Positions 26,469-41,073 of a stretch of 64,000 nt of DNA are shown piece by piece. Numbering within the stretch: position 1 is the first letter of the stretch; every line of letters begins with the position of its first letter. The notes beneath the pieces were generated by a model. The model saw only the letters and a program-made list of their open reading frames with translations. It ran no database searches and was not told where the DNA came from. The stretch covers positions 3,488,001-3,552,000 of the forward strand of contig CM000153.2 of assembly GCA_000004695.1 (NCBI GenBank), in the 5' to 3' direction. Origin of the DNA: Dictyostelium discoideum. Taxonomy: Eukaryota. A program made the translations under genes and the position numbers.

Positions 26469-29190
26469 AAATTATACTTATTTTTATTTTTATTTTTATT
26501 TTTATTTTTATTTTTTAAAATTATTTAAATAAAAAGGTCAAAATAAAGAAAAACAACAAATTCAAGAAGCACAAAAAAGAATTAGTAAAAAGAATGAAAT
26601 GATGAAACAAAATACAACAGTGACTAATGGTGCAAGTTCACCAAAATCGACAACATCAGATTCATATAATAGTTCAAAGATGTTAAGAGAAGTTATTGAA
26701 AGAACACCATCATTAGATAAAATATTTGTAAATAATAATAGTAGTAATAATAATAATAATAATAAGAGTAATAGTTCATCAACCTCATCAACACCAGGCA
26801 ATCAATCACCATCAATAGGCGCTGGTGGGGGAGGTGGAAGTGTTGTTGACCCAAATAATACTAGTCCAAATTACTCATCACCAACATCATTATCACCAAG
26901 TTCAACAAGAAAAAATAATACAACAAAAGTTGAAAATTCATTAGTAAATTTAAAAAATAATGCAACTTTAGATATACATTCAACAGAAATTATTCAAACT
27001 TATTTAATAAAGAAAGAATGTGAACCACAATTATTAGTAGTTGATGGTGTTAATCAATTATTATTTAGTCCACCATCACCTGTTTTATCAACATTTGGTA
27101 AATCAACAATTGGTGCGAATAGTGCCAATGGTAATAGAAATTCAGAGGTTTCACCAATTTTAGAAGCAACCTTTTTTAATGGTACAGGTATCAGAAGGTC
27201 AACAACAATCATTGATGAAAATGATCCACAACAAATTCAAAATAAACAAAAGAATAAAGAATTAATTGATTCAATTGATAGTTTAATGAATGCAACTCTA
27301 ACATCATCACAACAATATCAATTACGTAAATTAAGTAACGCATCCTCAACATCTATAAACCAACATCATCATTATTCACCAAATATCCAATCTGGTAATA
27401 ACACACCAACTAGACAATCAGTATTAATTCAACAAGGTCCATTAAATACAAGTAATAGTAGTAATGGTGGTGGTTGCAGTAATCAAAATAGTGGATTTAG
27501 ACCAAAATCACTATCAATGTCACAAAATATATCATTGTTAAATTATTTATCAACAAATGTAATGCCAAAAGATTATCAATGGGGTTGTGTTGTTCAAAGA
27601 CTGTTGGAATTATTTCAATCTTATTTAATTTATACAAATAATCAAAGTTCACATGGAAAGTATACCGATAGTAGTACCACTAGTCAAGCAACATTCACCT
27701 CATTGAATCAATTTGAAATGGCAATTTCAAGCTATTCCGATGCAGAAAAGATTAAAAAGCGTATCTCCACTATCAACGATCAACGTTATTTCTCACCAAT
27801 CACATTTGAACTCTATAATAGAATAGTGCAAACACATGAATTCATTAGACAAAGTAAACGTACCTCTGAAAGGGACGTAACTGGTATCATTGGTATTTTC
27901 TCAATACTGATACCACCATTATTCAGATCAGTTTCGAAATATTATGATCAAGATTCCTCAAATCAAGATTTCCTAGAGAAGTTAAAAACTTTTGAAAGAA
28001 CTAAATTCAATTTACAAGAATTCACATCTTTATCATTGTTGGCATCTTATCAATCAAAGAAATTGGTTCATAAAGTTTCAACCTATAATTTAATTGATTA
28101 TTTAAAAACCATAACTACAATATCTTATAAAGCAAATACTTTTACAACTTTATTCCCAATCATTGATCAAGTAATGGGTATAAGTGATGAAATTGATAAA
28201 ATCTTATTTCAATCTGAAGAATTTAAAAAAGAATTATTTTTACAAACTCAACCACAACCACAACCACTACCAACTCAAATTTCTTCACCATCTTCAGGAA
28301 AAGGTACAAGAGGTTCTCAAAGTATTCCAATTGATCATGATATTTTAGATATGGTTAAATTAGATTTATTACAAAAACCACCACAATCACCACAATCACC
28401 ACAACAACCACAACAATCTCAACAATTAGAATGTGCAATTGAAATTAATGATTGCTTACCACAAACTCCAAATATTCAATCACCATCAAAACCAATTATA
28501 CCACCAATTAAAGTACAACAACAACCACAAATGTCACCACAAATTACACCAAGAACAGGTGGTGGTGGTATTAAATATTCACCAAGATTACAAACATTAC
28601 CTTCACCAAGACCATCACCAAGATTACAATTACAACAACCATCATCACCAAGACATTCACCAAGATTACAACAACCTCAAAATATTTCACCAAGACCAGT
28701 TTATGAATTCAATAAAATGGATGATGATTTAAAGTTTTTAGATTTCTTAAATACAAATAATAATTCAATTAATAGATCAATTTGTAATAAATTGGATGAA
28801 ATTGATATAAAAATTAGATCAAAACCAATAATTGACCAATCGAATAATAATAATAATAATGATTTTAATTTACAAAAACAAAAAAATATTTTATCAAGTT
28901 GTTATTCAAGTTTAGAATCTTGTTTAAATTTATTTAGTTTAACTGATAGATTCCATTCAAAATGTAAAGCTGATTCAATACCAATCATAAAATTATTATT
29001 ATCAACACTTCAAAACCTTGAAGATTATGTCGATACCGGTATCTCTATTGAGCAAATGATAACTTTAGATTTTATGGAATGGACAAATAATTATTCAAAA
29101 ACTATAACCTCTTTAAATAATACTTTAATTAAAAATTATCAAAATTTTAATAATAGTCCAAAAGTTGTTTCTCCAAATATACAATCAATA

Positions 29191-29252
<62 letters not shown>

Positions 29253-29814
29253 AAATAATAATACAAATAATACAAATAATAATTTTAATAATAATAATAC
29301 TTCAAGATTATCGAAAATTAGGACATTATCAACACCATTTGGTATACCTATCTCTGAAAATAATAATAATAATAATAATAGTAATAATGGTAGTATTAGT
29401 CCAAGATATAATAATAATGGTAGTAGTAGTAGTCCAAATATTAGTCCAAGATTAATTGGTTCAAATAATAATAATATAGAAGAGGAAGAATTAGGTATGA
29501 ATAATAATGATTGTTTAATTTTAAGAAGAATTAGAGAATTTAAAATTCCAAATGTTTTAGAAAGAAGTCAACATTTAATTGATTTATCTCAAGAGTGTGT
29601 TATGATTACAATTTTATCATCGTTTTCATTATGTTATAAAGAATTAAATAGTGTAGCTCAAAAATCACCATCAACAATCCCACAATTACCACAATTAACT
29701 GATGATAAACAAGCTACTGAATTTTTTAATAATTCTTTATCAATTTTCTTATCATCAATTAGAACAAGTATATTTTGTACAACTTTATTATTATCTCCAG
29801 TTTATTTTCCATAA
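26189..29814 (+). CDS. Large S/T/N/Q-rich low-complexity protein with unknown function. Tentative 2-exon model, 26189..26402 + 26537..29814, about 1163 aa, in which exon 1 contributes a signal peptide plus a TM segment. The alternative is a single exon starting at 26599.
   Basis: The ORF 26599-29814 is open upstream to 26533. The upstream ORF 26189-26422 (MKNKIIFLFSILFFLNSVCMTV...IIIGAFIVGTPIFLIVKLILDHVNS) ends at a canonical donor a|GTGAGT at 26403. Joining to aaaaAG|GT at 26537 keeps the frame (AGT = Ser). Confidence 0.5.
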
Positions 29815-30038
29815 GATCAGTAAAAGAGAAAATTAAAAAAAAGATTTTTAAAAAAATAAAAAAAAAAAAAAAAAAAAACCAGAGTACCATTATGTAACAC
29901 TATGTAAATAAAAAAATAAAATAAAATAAAATTAAATAGTTTTTTTATTAATAATTTCGATGCGTGTTAATTTTATTTTACTTTAAAAAAAAACTGGATA
30001 AATTGATGTCATTAAATTAATTAATTAATTATTAATAT

Positions 30039-30088
<50 letters not shown>

Positions 30089-30235
30089 TATAAATAAACT
30101 TTTTTTTTTTTTTAATTTTCATTATTAAACAAAATAAAAAAAAAAAACATATTAAAAAAAATATAAATATTAAATATATAAAATATTTCTCTAATCTCTA
30201 ATAAAACTAAATAAAAAAATAAAAAAAATAAAAAA

Positions 30236-30697
30236 ATGATTATTAAAATTTTATTATTAATTATTTCAATTTCATTATTTTTAAATATTTCAATTGGAAT
30301 TGATGAAAATCAAATTTGGAAATCATGTGGTACACCTCAAGATATTTTTCACATCAATTCAATTGTAGTTAAACCAACACCACCAGTTAAAGGAAAATTA
30401 GTAAAAGTTAATGTTAATGGTACTTTCATTAAAGATGTCGTTGCTGGTGAAGCTAAAATCATTGCAAAGTATAATAATATTATGACATTGTATAATGAAA
30501 CCAACGATTTATGTTCACCAACTGCTCAAGCTATCATTGGAAATTGTCCATTTAAAAAAGGTCCAACCTATTTACATTCTGCAAATTTCACAATTCCAGC
30601 TTCTGCTCCAAATGGTTATTATAGTGGTAATATCTTATTAACTGATAATTTTAATAATACAATCACTTGCATTAATGTTGCTTTTAATTTACAATAA
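30236..30697 (+). CDS. ML-domain (MD-2-related lipid-recognition) / NPC2-like secreted lipid-binding protein, 153 aa, of the phosphatidylglycerol/phosphatidylinositol-transfer-protein type.
   Basis: Signal peptide MIIKILLLIISISLFLNISIG. The size of about 150 aa, the conserved Cys spacing (SCGTP...CSPTA...GNCPF...ITCINV) and the beta-rich composition are typical of the ML family. Confidence 0.65.
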   Translation: MIIKILLLIISISLFLNISIGIDENQIWKSCGTPQDIFHINSIVVKPTPPVKGKLVKVNVNGTFIKDVVAGEAKIIAKYNNIMTLYNETNDLCSPTAQAIIGNCPFKKGPTYLHSANFTIPASAPNGYYSGNILLTDNFNNTITCINVAFNLQ

Positions 30698-31332
30698 ATT
30701 AATCAAGTATGCAAATTATTTTATTATTTTCAATAATAATAATAATAATAATAATAAATAATAATAATAATAATAATAATTTAATAATATCATATTATTA
30801 CTTTATATAAAATAAAATATAAAAAAATAAAATATAAAAAATAAAAAATAAAAAATCTGATTTTATTATAAAATTCATTATATATTTTTTCATCTTTTTT
30901 TTTTTTTTATTTTAGATCAAGATAATTAAATTGATTATAAAAAAAAAAAAAAAAAATTGATTAAAAAAATAAAAAAAACCCAAAATTAAAACAATTGAAA
31001 ATATCTCAAATATTGGGTCATTTTTCATTACTTGAAAAAAAAAATAAAAATTAAAAAAAATAAAAATAAAAAATAAAAAAAAAAATAAAAAAAATAAATA
31101 AAAAATAAATTTAATGAAAAAAAAAAAAAAAAAAAAAAAAACAAAACTATAATCCACAACAACATAGTAAAAAAACAATTCCATTAAAATAAAACAAAAT
31201 AAAAGATAAAAATAAAAAACACTTTTTTTTGATTTTGATTGTTCAACACCCACACACACAAAATATAGAAGGGAACAGTTATTTTTTTTTAAACCACACT
31301 TTTTTTTTTTCTCACACCAAACAGCGATAGGG

Positions 31333-31379
<47 letters not shown>

Positions 31380-31772
31380 TTCATAAAAGAAAATCAAAGC
31401 CAAAGAGATCCAAAACAAAAACAAAAATAGCAACAAAATAAAAATTTAAAATAAAATAAATACAAAATAAAATAAAATAACGTTCAATTATTCATCTTCT
31501 CCTTTATTAAATAATATTGTACTATTAATGTTGCGAATTTAGTTGTAATTTTTATATATATAAAAACATTTTGTTTTTTTATTTTATTTTATTTTTTTTT
31601 ATTTTTTTATTTTATTTATTTTTATTTTATATTTCTTTGTCATCCAATAATTAGATAATATTAGATTCAAATAAAACACACTTGTAATTTTACATAATAA
31701 AAACTAAATAATATATTATAATATTATATAATAAAACCAAACAAAAAAAAAACAAAAAAACAAAACAAAACC

Positions 31773-31803
<31 letters not shown>

Positions 31804-31878
31804 CAAATATCCTTGTATTTTTAATATTAAAAAAAAAAAAAAAAAAAATCCAGAAATAATAATAAAAAAAAAAAAAGA

Positions 31879-34685
31879 ATGGAAGAACAACAACCACCAT
31901 CAATAAAGAAAAAAATTGTTGATTTTTTAACAAATTTTTTAAAGAAAAGACCATCACATGAAGATTTAAGAAGGGATAATATTTTAGTTGCGCCAAATAA
32001 TGTATCACCAGCAATTCAACCATCAAGATATGAATTAGAAGGTCATTTAAATCCATCATCTCATAATAGAGATGATAGTAGTAATAACAATAATAATAAT
32101 AATAATAATAATAATACAGTGGAATATTCTAGAGGTCATTCAAAAAGTCATTCAAGAAGTGATTCAAAACATCATAATAGGGAGAATTCAAAGAGTGATC
32201 GTGATAATTCAAGGAGTGATAATATTCGTTTTGGTAGAAAAGATACATTTAAGAACGCATGGGATTATTTAAGAAATATAGATTTTACATTTTCAAAGAC
32301 AAAATATGGTAATACGGTTGTACATCGTTTAAAACATCCACAATTTGGACTTAGTCCTGAAGAGTTACAAAGTTTATATCCTGATCAACCACATGGTATA
32401 CCAATAGTTTTAACAAAATGTTTTGAATATTTATCAAAACATTTAGAAACTGAGGGTCTTTTTAGAGTACCTGGTTCAAATAGAGAAGTTAGTCTTTTAA
32501 AATTTAAAATTGAAGATGGTGATCTTGACTTTTCTGAAGTTTTAATACCTTATAATATTTGTGGTTTAATTTCAACATTTTTTAAAGAATTACCTGAACC
32601 TTTAATACCTTTTGATTATTATAATGATGCAATTTTAATTACAAGTAAATATAAATAATTTATATATATTTATATTCATATATATATATATATATATATT
32701 AATTTTAATTTTTTTTATTTTTTTTATATTTTTAGAATTAGGATCAAAAGATAAATATATAATTGGATTAAGAGATTTAGTATTATCATTACCACCAGCA
32801 AATTTATGTATGTTAAGAAAATTATTAGAATTTTTATTAACAGTTGAAAAAAAGAATGAATTTAATAAGATGACAATTTCAAATATTAGTATAATTTTCG
32901 GTGTAACATTATTAAAGGATCCAGATACAGTTGATCCAATGAAAAGTTTAAATAATATTCAAGCTCAATCAACTATTATAAAATATATGTTAGAATATTT
33001 TAATGATATTTTCAAAGAGGCTTCAGTTGTTAAAGCATATAGAAAATCAATTGTACCAAAAGAACCAATGGATACAACTTCAATTAGTTATTTAGATCCT
33101 GCTGAATCAAATGGTGGTTCACCAAGAACTTCAAATACGCCATATCAACAACAGCACCAATTATCGTCTCAATCAATGGCAAATATTAAACCACGCCCAC
33201 CTTCTCGTTCAAAAATGATGAGAGAAACCATTGTTTTAAGTCCAAGAGTATCCGGTGGTAATAATCAAGTATATGCAAATGCAACAATGACTCGTCCAAT
33301 GTCAAGATTATTTTTTGATCCTGAAATTATTCCATCACCACCTCCAACCACCACAACAACAACAACCACAACAACAAATACCACCACCACCACTACTACT
33401 ACAAATACTACTCCTAATAATACAACGACTGTCAATATTCAACAAAAACCAGTACCACCAAAACCAAATTTAATACCAAGAAAATTACCTCCTAATCCAA
33501 ATTATTCAACATATCCTGCACCATTACCACCAAGACAACCTAATACAATTCCATTGGCACCAATACCACCACCAAAACCCAATTCAACTTATAAAAAACA
33601 AATTACTCAACCACCTCCACCACGTAAACCAACTTCACCTTCACCACCAATTGCAACTTTAAAACCAACTTCAAAATCTGATTTTATACCTTCAACAAAT
33701 AATAATTTAAATAATAATAATACAACAACAACAACTAGCAGTTTAATTAGTATTCCAAAAGCAAAACCACCACCACCAAAGAGAAATAATGTGGTATCAC
33801 CAGCTATAGAAGAACCAATTAATCCAAATCTCAATATAAATTCAACAACAACAACACCAACTCCACCTTTAGCATCATTTAAAAATAATGGTACAATTTC
33901 ATCTGGTAGTAAATCAAATCCAAATTTACAAAATTTATTAAATACTAATCAACCATTAGTTTCATCGAATGGCCCACCAAATAAACCACCACCACAACCA
34001 TTTGAATTATTAAAATCAAAACCAATTACAACAACTCCAACTATTAAAAAAGGTGTAACATTTTCTGAAACTCCAAAAATTTCAAATTCTCCACCATCAC
34101 CATCATCATCCTCACCATCACCACCTCATAACCAACCAATTATTGTTAATAAGCCCATTCCATCTAAATCTGCTCCACCACCAGTTAGAACTACTTCTTC
34201 ACCTAGTATTGTTACAAAGAAATTTGTTCCAACTATACCAACTCAAACTACTACAGCATCATCATCATCAACACCAACCACACCAAAGAATCAACATTTA
34301 TCAAAAGATGACTCATCAATTCCACCAATTAATACTTCTCAAACCAATAATAATATTTCAAATTCATCTATACCAAGTCCAAAATCAAAATCAGCATTAA
34401 GTTTATCAACACCAAAGGATTCAATTACAGGTAAACCAATAAAACCACCTTCAAATAGTGATTTATCAATTAGCACAACTCCATTACCACCGACATCTTC
34501 ATCACCAACTTCATCATCACCTTTACAATCACCAAAAATATCTTCGCCTTCAGTTTTAACAGTTTCACAAAAAATAGCATTAAATGAAAAAATAGCTGCA
34601 AATCAAGCAAAGAAAAATCCTCTTTCAAATAGTGGGGGTTTAAAACAAATTTCACCAGACTTAATAAAATCAAATAATATCAATA

Positions 34686-34690
<5 letters not shown>
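31879..34690 (+). CDS. RhoGAP-domain protein with a long Pro/Thr/Ser-rich C-terminal region, about 906 aa. Two exons: 31879..32644 and 32736..34690.
   Basis: The RhoGAP signature GIPIVLTKCFEYLSKHLETEGLFRVPGSNREV...FKELPEPLIPFDYY continues across a 91-bp intron (aca a|GTAAAT ... tttttAG|AA) into ELGSKDKYIIGLRDLVLSLPPANLCMLRKLLEFL...NISIIFGVTLL. The C-terminal half is full of PPPxP/TTTT runs. Confidence 0.8.
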
Positions 34691-34722
<32 letters not shown>

Positions 34723-34911
34723 ATAAATAATAGTTGAATAAAAAAAAAAAATTAAATATTTAAAAAAAAAAAAAACAAAAAAAAATAATACACTTATTTA
34801 TTATATAAATTTTTTTTTTCGCATTAAATTTTAATTCCCTAATTATATATTAGTGAATTATTTTATTATTTTATTATTTTTTTAAAATTTATATAAATAA
34901 AATAGTGTTAT

Positions 34912-34945
<34 letters not shown>

Positions 34946-35047
34946 CCTTTTTTCTAAAGCTTTTTTTTTTTTTCTTCAAAAAAAAAATAATTAAATAATT
35001 ATTCCGTCTTAATTTAAAATTATAATTTTTTTTTTTTTTTTTTTTAG

Positions 35048-37270
35048 TTAAAGTTTTAAAGATTCAACTATTTTAATACAAGAAGAACTATATGACCAAG
35101 CATCACCAGATAATCTTTTAAATTTAATACCATACATATCCATACCATTTACTTTACATACTTCAATTTCGAAATTGATTGTTTCATTTCTTGGACACAA
35201 AGTTTTACAATCAAAAACATAAAAGTTTCTACGGTAGGAAATTTGAGTTGAATTTAAATTTTCTTCAATGTGTTCAATCAATTGAATTGGATTTAACATT
35301 GTAGTTGTTCCACTATTGAAAGGTCCTTTCATTGAACGAATCTTTGGATTCTTTCCTTTTCCAGATCTAATGGTAATTGCTTTGACAATATCCTCCAAAC
35401 TAAATCTTCTTTTCGATGAAGATGATGAAAATTGAGGTGCACTTGCAGATGCTCCATCAACATTAATATTACTACTACTAACATGTAAAATATTGTTATG
35501 ATTATTATTGTTTAAACCACCATTACTTGAAACAATAACAGGTGAGGAATTTGCTGAAACACTTGTAACAGATTGTCTCTTTTTGAAAATATTATGAAAT
35601 AAACTTGTACTATGATGATTTTGATGATGATGGTGATGGTGATATTGATTTTTACCAGAGGTATTAATATTATTTTGTGAACTACTTAAACTATTATGAT
35701 TATTATTTGGAATATGTCCAATATTTGGATTACTTGAAAATGTTGGTGGACTTCTTTGACCACTAACCGATAATGGTGATAATGGTGGTGTTGTTGAAGT
35801 TGATGGTGATGGTGATATAAATTGTGGTGAAATTGAATGTGGTGATGTTGGTGCACTACAATTAATTTTCTTTTCATCCAAACATGATGATGAATTAAAT
35901 TGAATTGGTTTAATTGAATTATTAATTACATTACTATTATTATTATTATTGTTGTTGATGTTAATGTTAATATTAGAATTACTACTAACATATTGTTTAT
36001 TTTGTGGTATAGTTAAATTTGGTGAACTTTGATTTAATGGTCTATTACTACCAATAATTGTGTCAACAAATAATGGTTTTGGTGATCTTGGTGAATGTTG
36101 TTGTAGTTGAGATTGTGGTTGTAGTTGTTGTTGAGTTTGTTGATGTTGTGGAGTTTGTTGTTGTTGTTCTTTTTCTAAACGATCAGAAACTTTTTTATTA
36201 TATTCTTGATCAGGTTCCATATCATAACCCTTATTAACCCAAACATGAGTTTTAATTTCATCAAGAGTAGCTCTTTCAACTGGTTCAGCAACAATCATTC
36301 TATTGATTAAATCTTTAACATCATCACTTAAAATTACATGAGATGGATATTTGAATTCACCTCTTAACAATCTATCCATACCTTCAACTTGAACACCATC
36401 AGTTAATGTCCATGGTAATTGACCAGTTACCATTGCATATAAAATTACACCCATACTCCAAATATCAACTTCATTACCATTATATCTTTTTTCTAATAAA
36501 ATTTCTGGTGGTGCATAAACTGGAGAACCACAAAATGTTGATAATAAATTTCCTGGTTTAATTATATTACTATAACCAAAATCTTTTTTTTTGTAAAAAA
36601 AAAAATTAAATTAATATATTATTATTTTATTTTTTTTTAAAAGATTATAATACATACCACTAATTTTTAAATTACCATCTTCATCAACTAATAAATTTTC
36701 CAATTTTAAATCTCTATGACACACCATATTTGAATGACAATAGATTAAACCACAAAGCATTTGTCTAAAGAATTTTCTACCTTCTTTCTCTGATAATCTA
36801 CCACGGGCGACAATGTAATCAAATAATTCACCACCAGAAACTAATTCTAAAATCAAACAAATTCTACCGACATCATCTTCATAAATTGCATCATGTAATT
36901 GAATGATGTTATCATGTTTTAAACGTTTTAAAATTGAAATCTCTCTTTCAATTTCTTTTCTTTCTTTTATTCTTTTAGGTTTTGTTATTTTAATAGCATA
37001 TTGTTTTCCAGTTAATATATTTGTACCGATTTTAACTTTACTTGATGTACCAGATCCAATAGTTTTACCCAAGAGATAATTTCCCATTTTGTGACCTTTT
37101 TTATGTTGTTGTTGTTGGGGTTTATTTCTATATCCAGGTGATACTTTATTTTGTTTTGGCGAATTTGATGATGAAGATGTTGTTGAATTTGATGAACATG
37201 ATGTTGAGCATGATACTTCTTGAATTGTTTCCAATTGAATATCATTATATGATGAAACAGCTGTTGCCAT
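35048..37270 (-). CDS. CAMK-group serine/threonine protein kinase of the AMPK-related / MARK-like type with a C-terminal KA1 (kinase-associated) domain, about 715 aa. Two exons: 37270..36658 and 36582..35048.
   Basis: Kinase subdomains: GKTIGSGTSSKVKIG (G-loop), AIK, HRDLKLENLL, then a 75-bp intron (AGT G|GTATGT ... aaaaAG|AT) that restores D-F-G (DFGYSN...), followed by GSPVYAPPE and DIWSMGVILY. The C-terminus RNFYVFDCKTLCPRNETINFEIEVCKVNGMDMYGIKFKRLSGDAWSY...IVESLKL is a typical KA1 fold sequence. Confidence 0.85.
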
Positions 37271-38019
37271 TTTATATTATTTTTTAAATTATTTATTAAA
37301 TTTAAAATTATTTTGTAAAATTTAATTAATCTTTTTTTTTTTTTTTTTTTTTAATTTATTATTATTATTTTCTTATTCTGATTTAAATTTGTAATGAGAC
37401 TGTTAATTTAAATAAAATTTTTTTTTTTTTATTTTTTTTTTTTTTAAATTTAAAATTAAATAAATTAAATTAATTAATAATTTATTTTTTTTATAGTTTA
37501 TGATAAATAAAAATACAAGAATTGAAATTTAAAATTTTATAAATAAAATAAATAATAATTAAAGAAAATAAAAATAAAAAATTTTAAATAAATGAAATTT
37601 AAAATTATAATTATTATTTTTTTTTTTTTATAATAAATAGTTATTTGGGTTTGGGTATTTGTTTGTGAGAGTGAAAAAATTCGGTTATTTGTTTAAAATA
37701 CCAATTAATAAATCAAAAAAAATTTATTTGATTTAATACTGGAAAAAAAAAAATAATCATTATTTGTTTTATACAAAAAAAAAAAAAAAAAAAACAATCA
37801 TATTAATTTTTAAAATAAAAAATAAAAATAAAAAATAAATCAAATCAAATAAAATAATCCATTAAGCATAAAAAGTAAACAATGTTTTGAAAAAGGATGG
37901 TGTTATTATGTGGGTCAGTGTTTATTTGTTTATATTTGTGTTTGGGTGTGTATGCGATTAATTTAACTTTAGGTTAAATATGTTACTTTTTTTTGGGATA
38001 TTGAAGAATATGTGTGTAT

Positions 38020-38215
38020 GTATGTGTGTGTGTGAAGGTTGATTGATTAATAATAATAATAATGGTGGGATTAATTATTTTTTTTGAGTCGACTATTGAG
38101 TTATTTTTAATGTGCTTATTTTTTTTTTTTATGTGTATCTGTATGTGTATTTGTTTGATTATGTGTATGTATGTGTGTGTGTGAGTGTGTGTTGTTAAGT
38201 TAATAAGTGTGGGTT
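38020..38215. repeat. Imperfect (TG)n / TGTGTGTATG-rich tract upstream of the kinase gene.
   Basis: The tract reads tgtgtgtatgtatgtgtgtgtgtgaagg ... atgtgtatctgtatgtgtatttg ... tgtgtatgtatgtgtgtgtgtgagtgtgtg. It stands out sharply against the poly-A/T background. Confidence 0.7.
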
Positions 38216-38345
38216 TTTGATTAAAATAAATATTTTTTTAAATGTGGAGGTTATTAATAATATTGTTGTTTGTTACCATATAAATCCATATAAATATATT
38301 TAAATATTATTAATGAAATGAAAGGATTTAGATTAAATAATTATT

Positions 38346-38376
<31 letters not shown>

Positions 38377-38825
38377 CTTGGGTTTTTTAATATTGAAAAA
38401 ATAATGAAAAAAAAAAATTAAATAATGATTATAGATAAAGATTTTTAAATCTGAATACAATAAAAAGAAATAATTGTATCGAAAATGGTTTGTTTTACAA
38501 ATTTAAGTATTATATCCATTTTTTATTTGTAAAATGTCGAAAAATAACCACAACACCACTCCCTCTCCTTAAAACACAAACGAAAAAAAATTCTGTCGCA
38601 ACTTTATCAATTATCTTTTATTATTACTTCAATTATTTTAAAATAATGAAATAAAATAAAACTATAAAAAAAAAAAAAAAAAAAAAAAAGTTTTACCCCA
38701 ATTGTTTATCATCACTAAATGTAGTGATGATGAAATTAAAAAATAAAAAATAATTAAATAATAATTTCTTTTTTTTTTTTTTTTTTAAGTATAAATTTGA
38801 TTATAATAAATAAAAGAGATATAAA

Positions 38826-38870
<45 letters not shown>

Positions 38871-39216
38871 ATTGAAAGGGGTGATTTTTTTTTTTTTGTT
38901 TATACATATTTAATCTAATATATTTAAAATATTTTTAATTTACACATCACATATATAATGAAACATACCCAAAATTAATATAATTTCTTTTTTTTTTTAA
39001 AAATTTTTTTTTTTTCCCAATTATCTGTTAAATTAAAAATAATCATTAATAATTTTATTACAAAACATTTAAATGATTCTATAAAAAATAATATTATGTG
39101 TGAATATATGTGTGGAGTGATATGATTTTATAGTAGTTTTTGGGGGGGTTAATTTTAAAAAAAAAACCCTGGATTTCCCAAAAAAAAATTTAAAAATAGA
39201 AAGGAAAATTAAAAAT

Positions 39217-39248
<32 letters not shown>

Positions 39249-39415
39249 CAAAAAAACCAACCTTTTTTTTTTTTTTTTTTTTTTTGTATTATTTATTTGA
39301 ATTTTATCAACATCAGTGAATGAAAATTAAATATTATAAAAGATTTTTGTGGTTTATTAAAGAAAATGAATTATAAAACTGAGAATAATTATTTGATTTA
39401 CTATTAATTTTTTAA

Positions 39416-39446
<31 letters not shown>

Positions 39447-39785
39447 AAAAATAATTAATTAAATTTTTTAAATTTTTTTTTAAACATATTTAAAATAAGT
39501 ATCTACCAAAAATATTATTATTTTAATAATTATTATTTCTTTAATCAAATAAAAATTTATTTACCCAATAATTGAAATTAAAAAAATAAAAAAAATAATT
39601 ATTAACAATACAGAAGTTATTGTTTAAAACATACTTATAAGTGTAACAGATCAGAAAGTTTGCCAGTATTAAAAAATAAAAAAAAATAATATTTATTTAA
39701 ATATTATTTTTATGTATTTATATAAATACTTAACAATAAAAATAATAATTAAAAAAAAAAAAAAAATTTTGATTGAATAAATAAT

Positions 39786-39792
<7 letters not shown>

Positions 39793-39857
<65 letters not shown>
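39793..39857. repeat. Uninterrupted poly(T) homopolymer of about 65 nt, one of many runs over 30 nt in the window.
   Basis: Direct reading. Confidence 0.9.
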
Positions 39858-41039
39858 CTGTTCCCACTAAATATTAAATACCCAAATGGAATTAATTATT
39901 ATTTGATTTGAATTTTTATTATGAACAGTGGTGATGTTGTTGCTACTTCATAAACTACAACTCTTATATATATATATATATAAATATGTTTTTTTTTTTT
40001 TTTTTTTTATTTTTTGAATACATACAAATAATATTATTTTTATTATTATTTTGTATTTTATTTCATAATAGGAAAATTTAAATGCTCTCTGTCAAATATA
40101 TTTTTTTACTACCCAATATAACAGAAGTATATTATTTTTTTATTTTTTTTATTTTTTTATTTGAGAACAAAAAAGGAGAGGATTAAAATTGAAGGAAAAA
40201 AAGAAAAAAAAGAAAAAAAAGAAAAAAAAACAATAATAAAAAAAAAAAAAAATTATTTTGATATGATATATTCTATTATGATAATAGTTTAAATGTTCAA
40301 CAAAACAACAAAAACAAAAACCCACCATTAGTGGTAATTTTCACTCAAAAACAGCAAAAATTATTTTTTAACAACACACACGATCCAAAAAAAAAAAAAA
40401 AAAAAAAAAAAAAATAAAAAAAACAAAAATAATAAAAAAAAAAAAACAAAACCCCAGAAAAAAGAAAGGTTTTTTTTTTTTTTCTATTTTAAATTTTAAA
40501 ATTTTTTTATCTCTATGTAAAATTAAAAGAATTCCCCCCACCAAAAAAAAAAAAAAAAAAAAAAAAAAAAACAAACAAAACACACTAACTAAACACACTC
40601 ACTTACACACAATTTTGTAAACATTAAAAAACCAACCAACGAATATCAGTATTAACTTTTTTTTTACATGTGCGATCATATTCGACTTAATAATAATATA
40701 ATTTTAAGTGAGGTTGGGATTATTATTTAATTGTGTGTGAGTGTGAGTGTGTGATTTTTTTTTTTTTTAATTTAAAGTAACAATACTACTAGATAGAAGT
40801 AAAAAATATATAAATAAATAAAATAATTATTTTTTGACAAAACAGTGTATCATTTTTTTTCCAGTTTTTTTTTTTTTTTTTTTTTTATTATTAAATTTAT
40901 TTATTTTGATTTTTCGTTCCAATGATATATACAAAAGTATGGGTAAAATCTCATGATTTTGAAATTTTTTGCGTATAAACAAACTATTAAATTTTAAAAT
41001 GGTTTTATTGTGGGGTGTAGTATAGTTTGAGTGTACACA

Positions 41040-41073
<34 letters not shown>

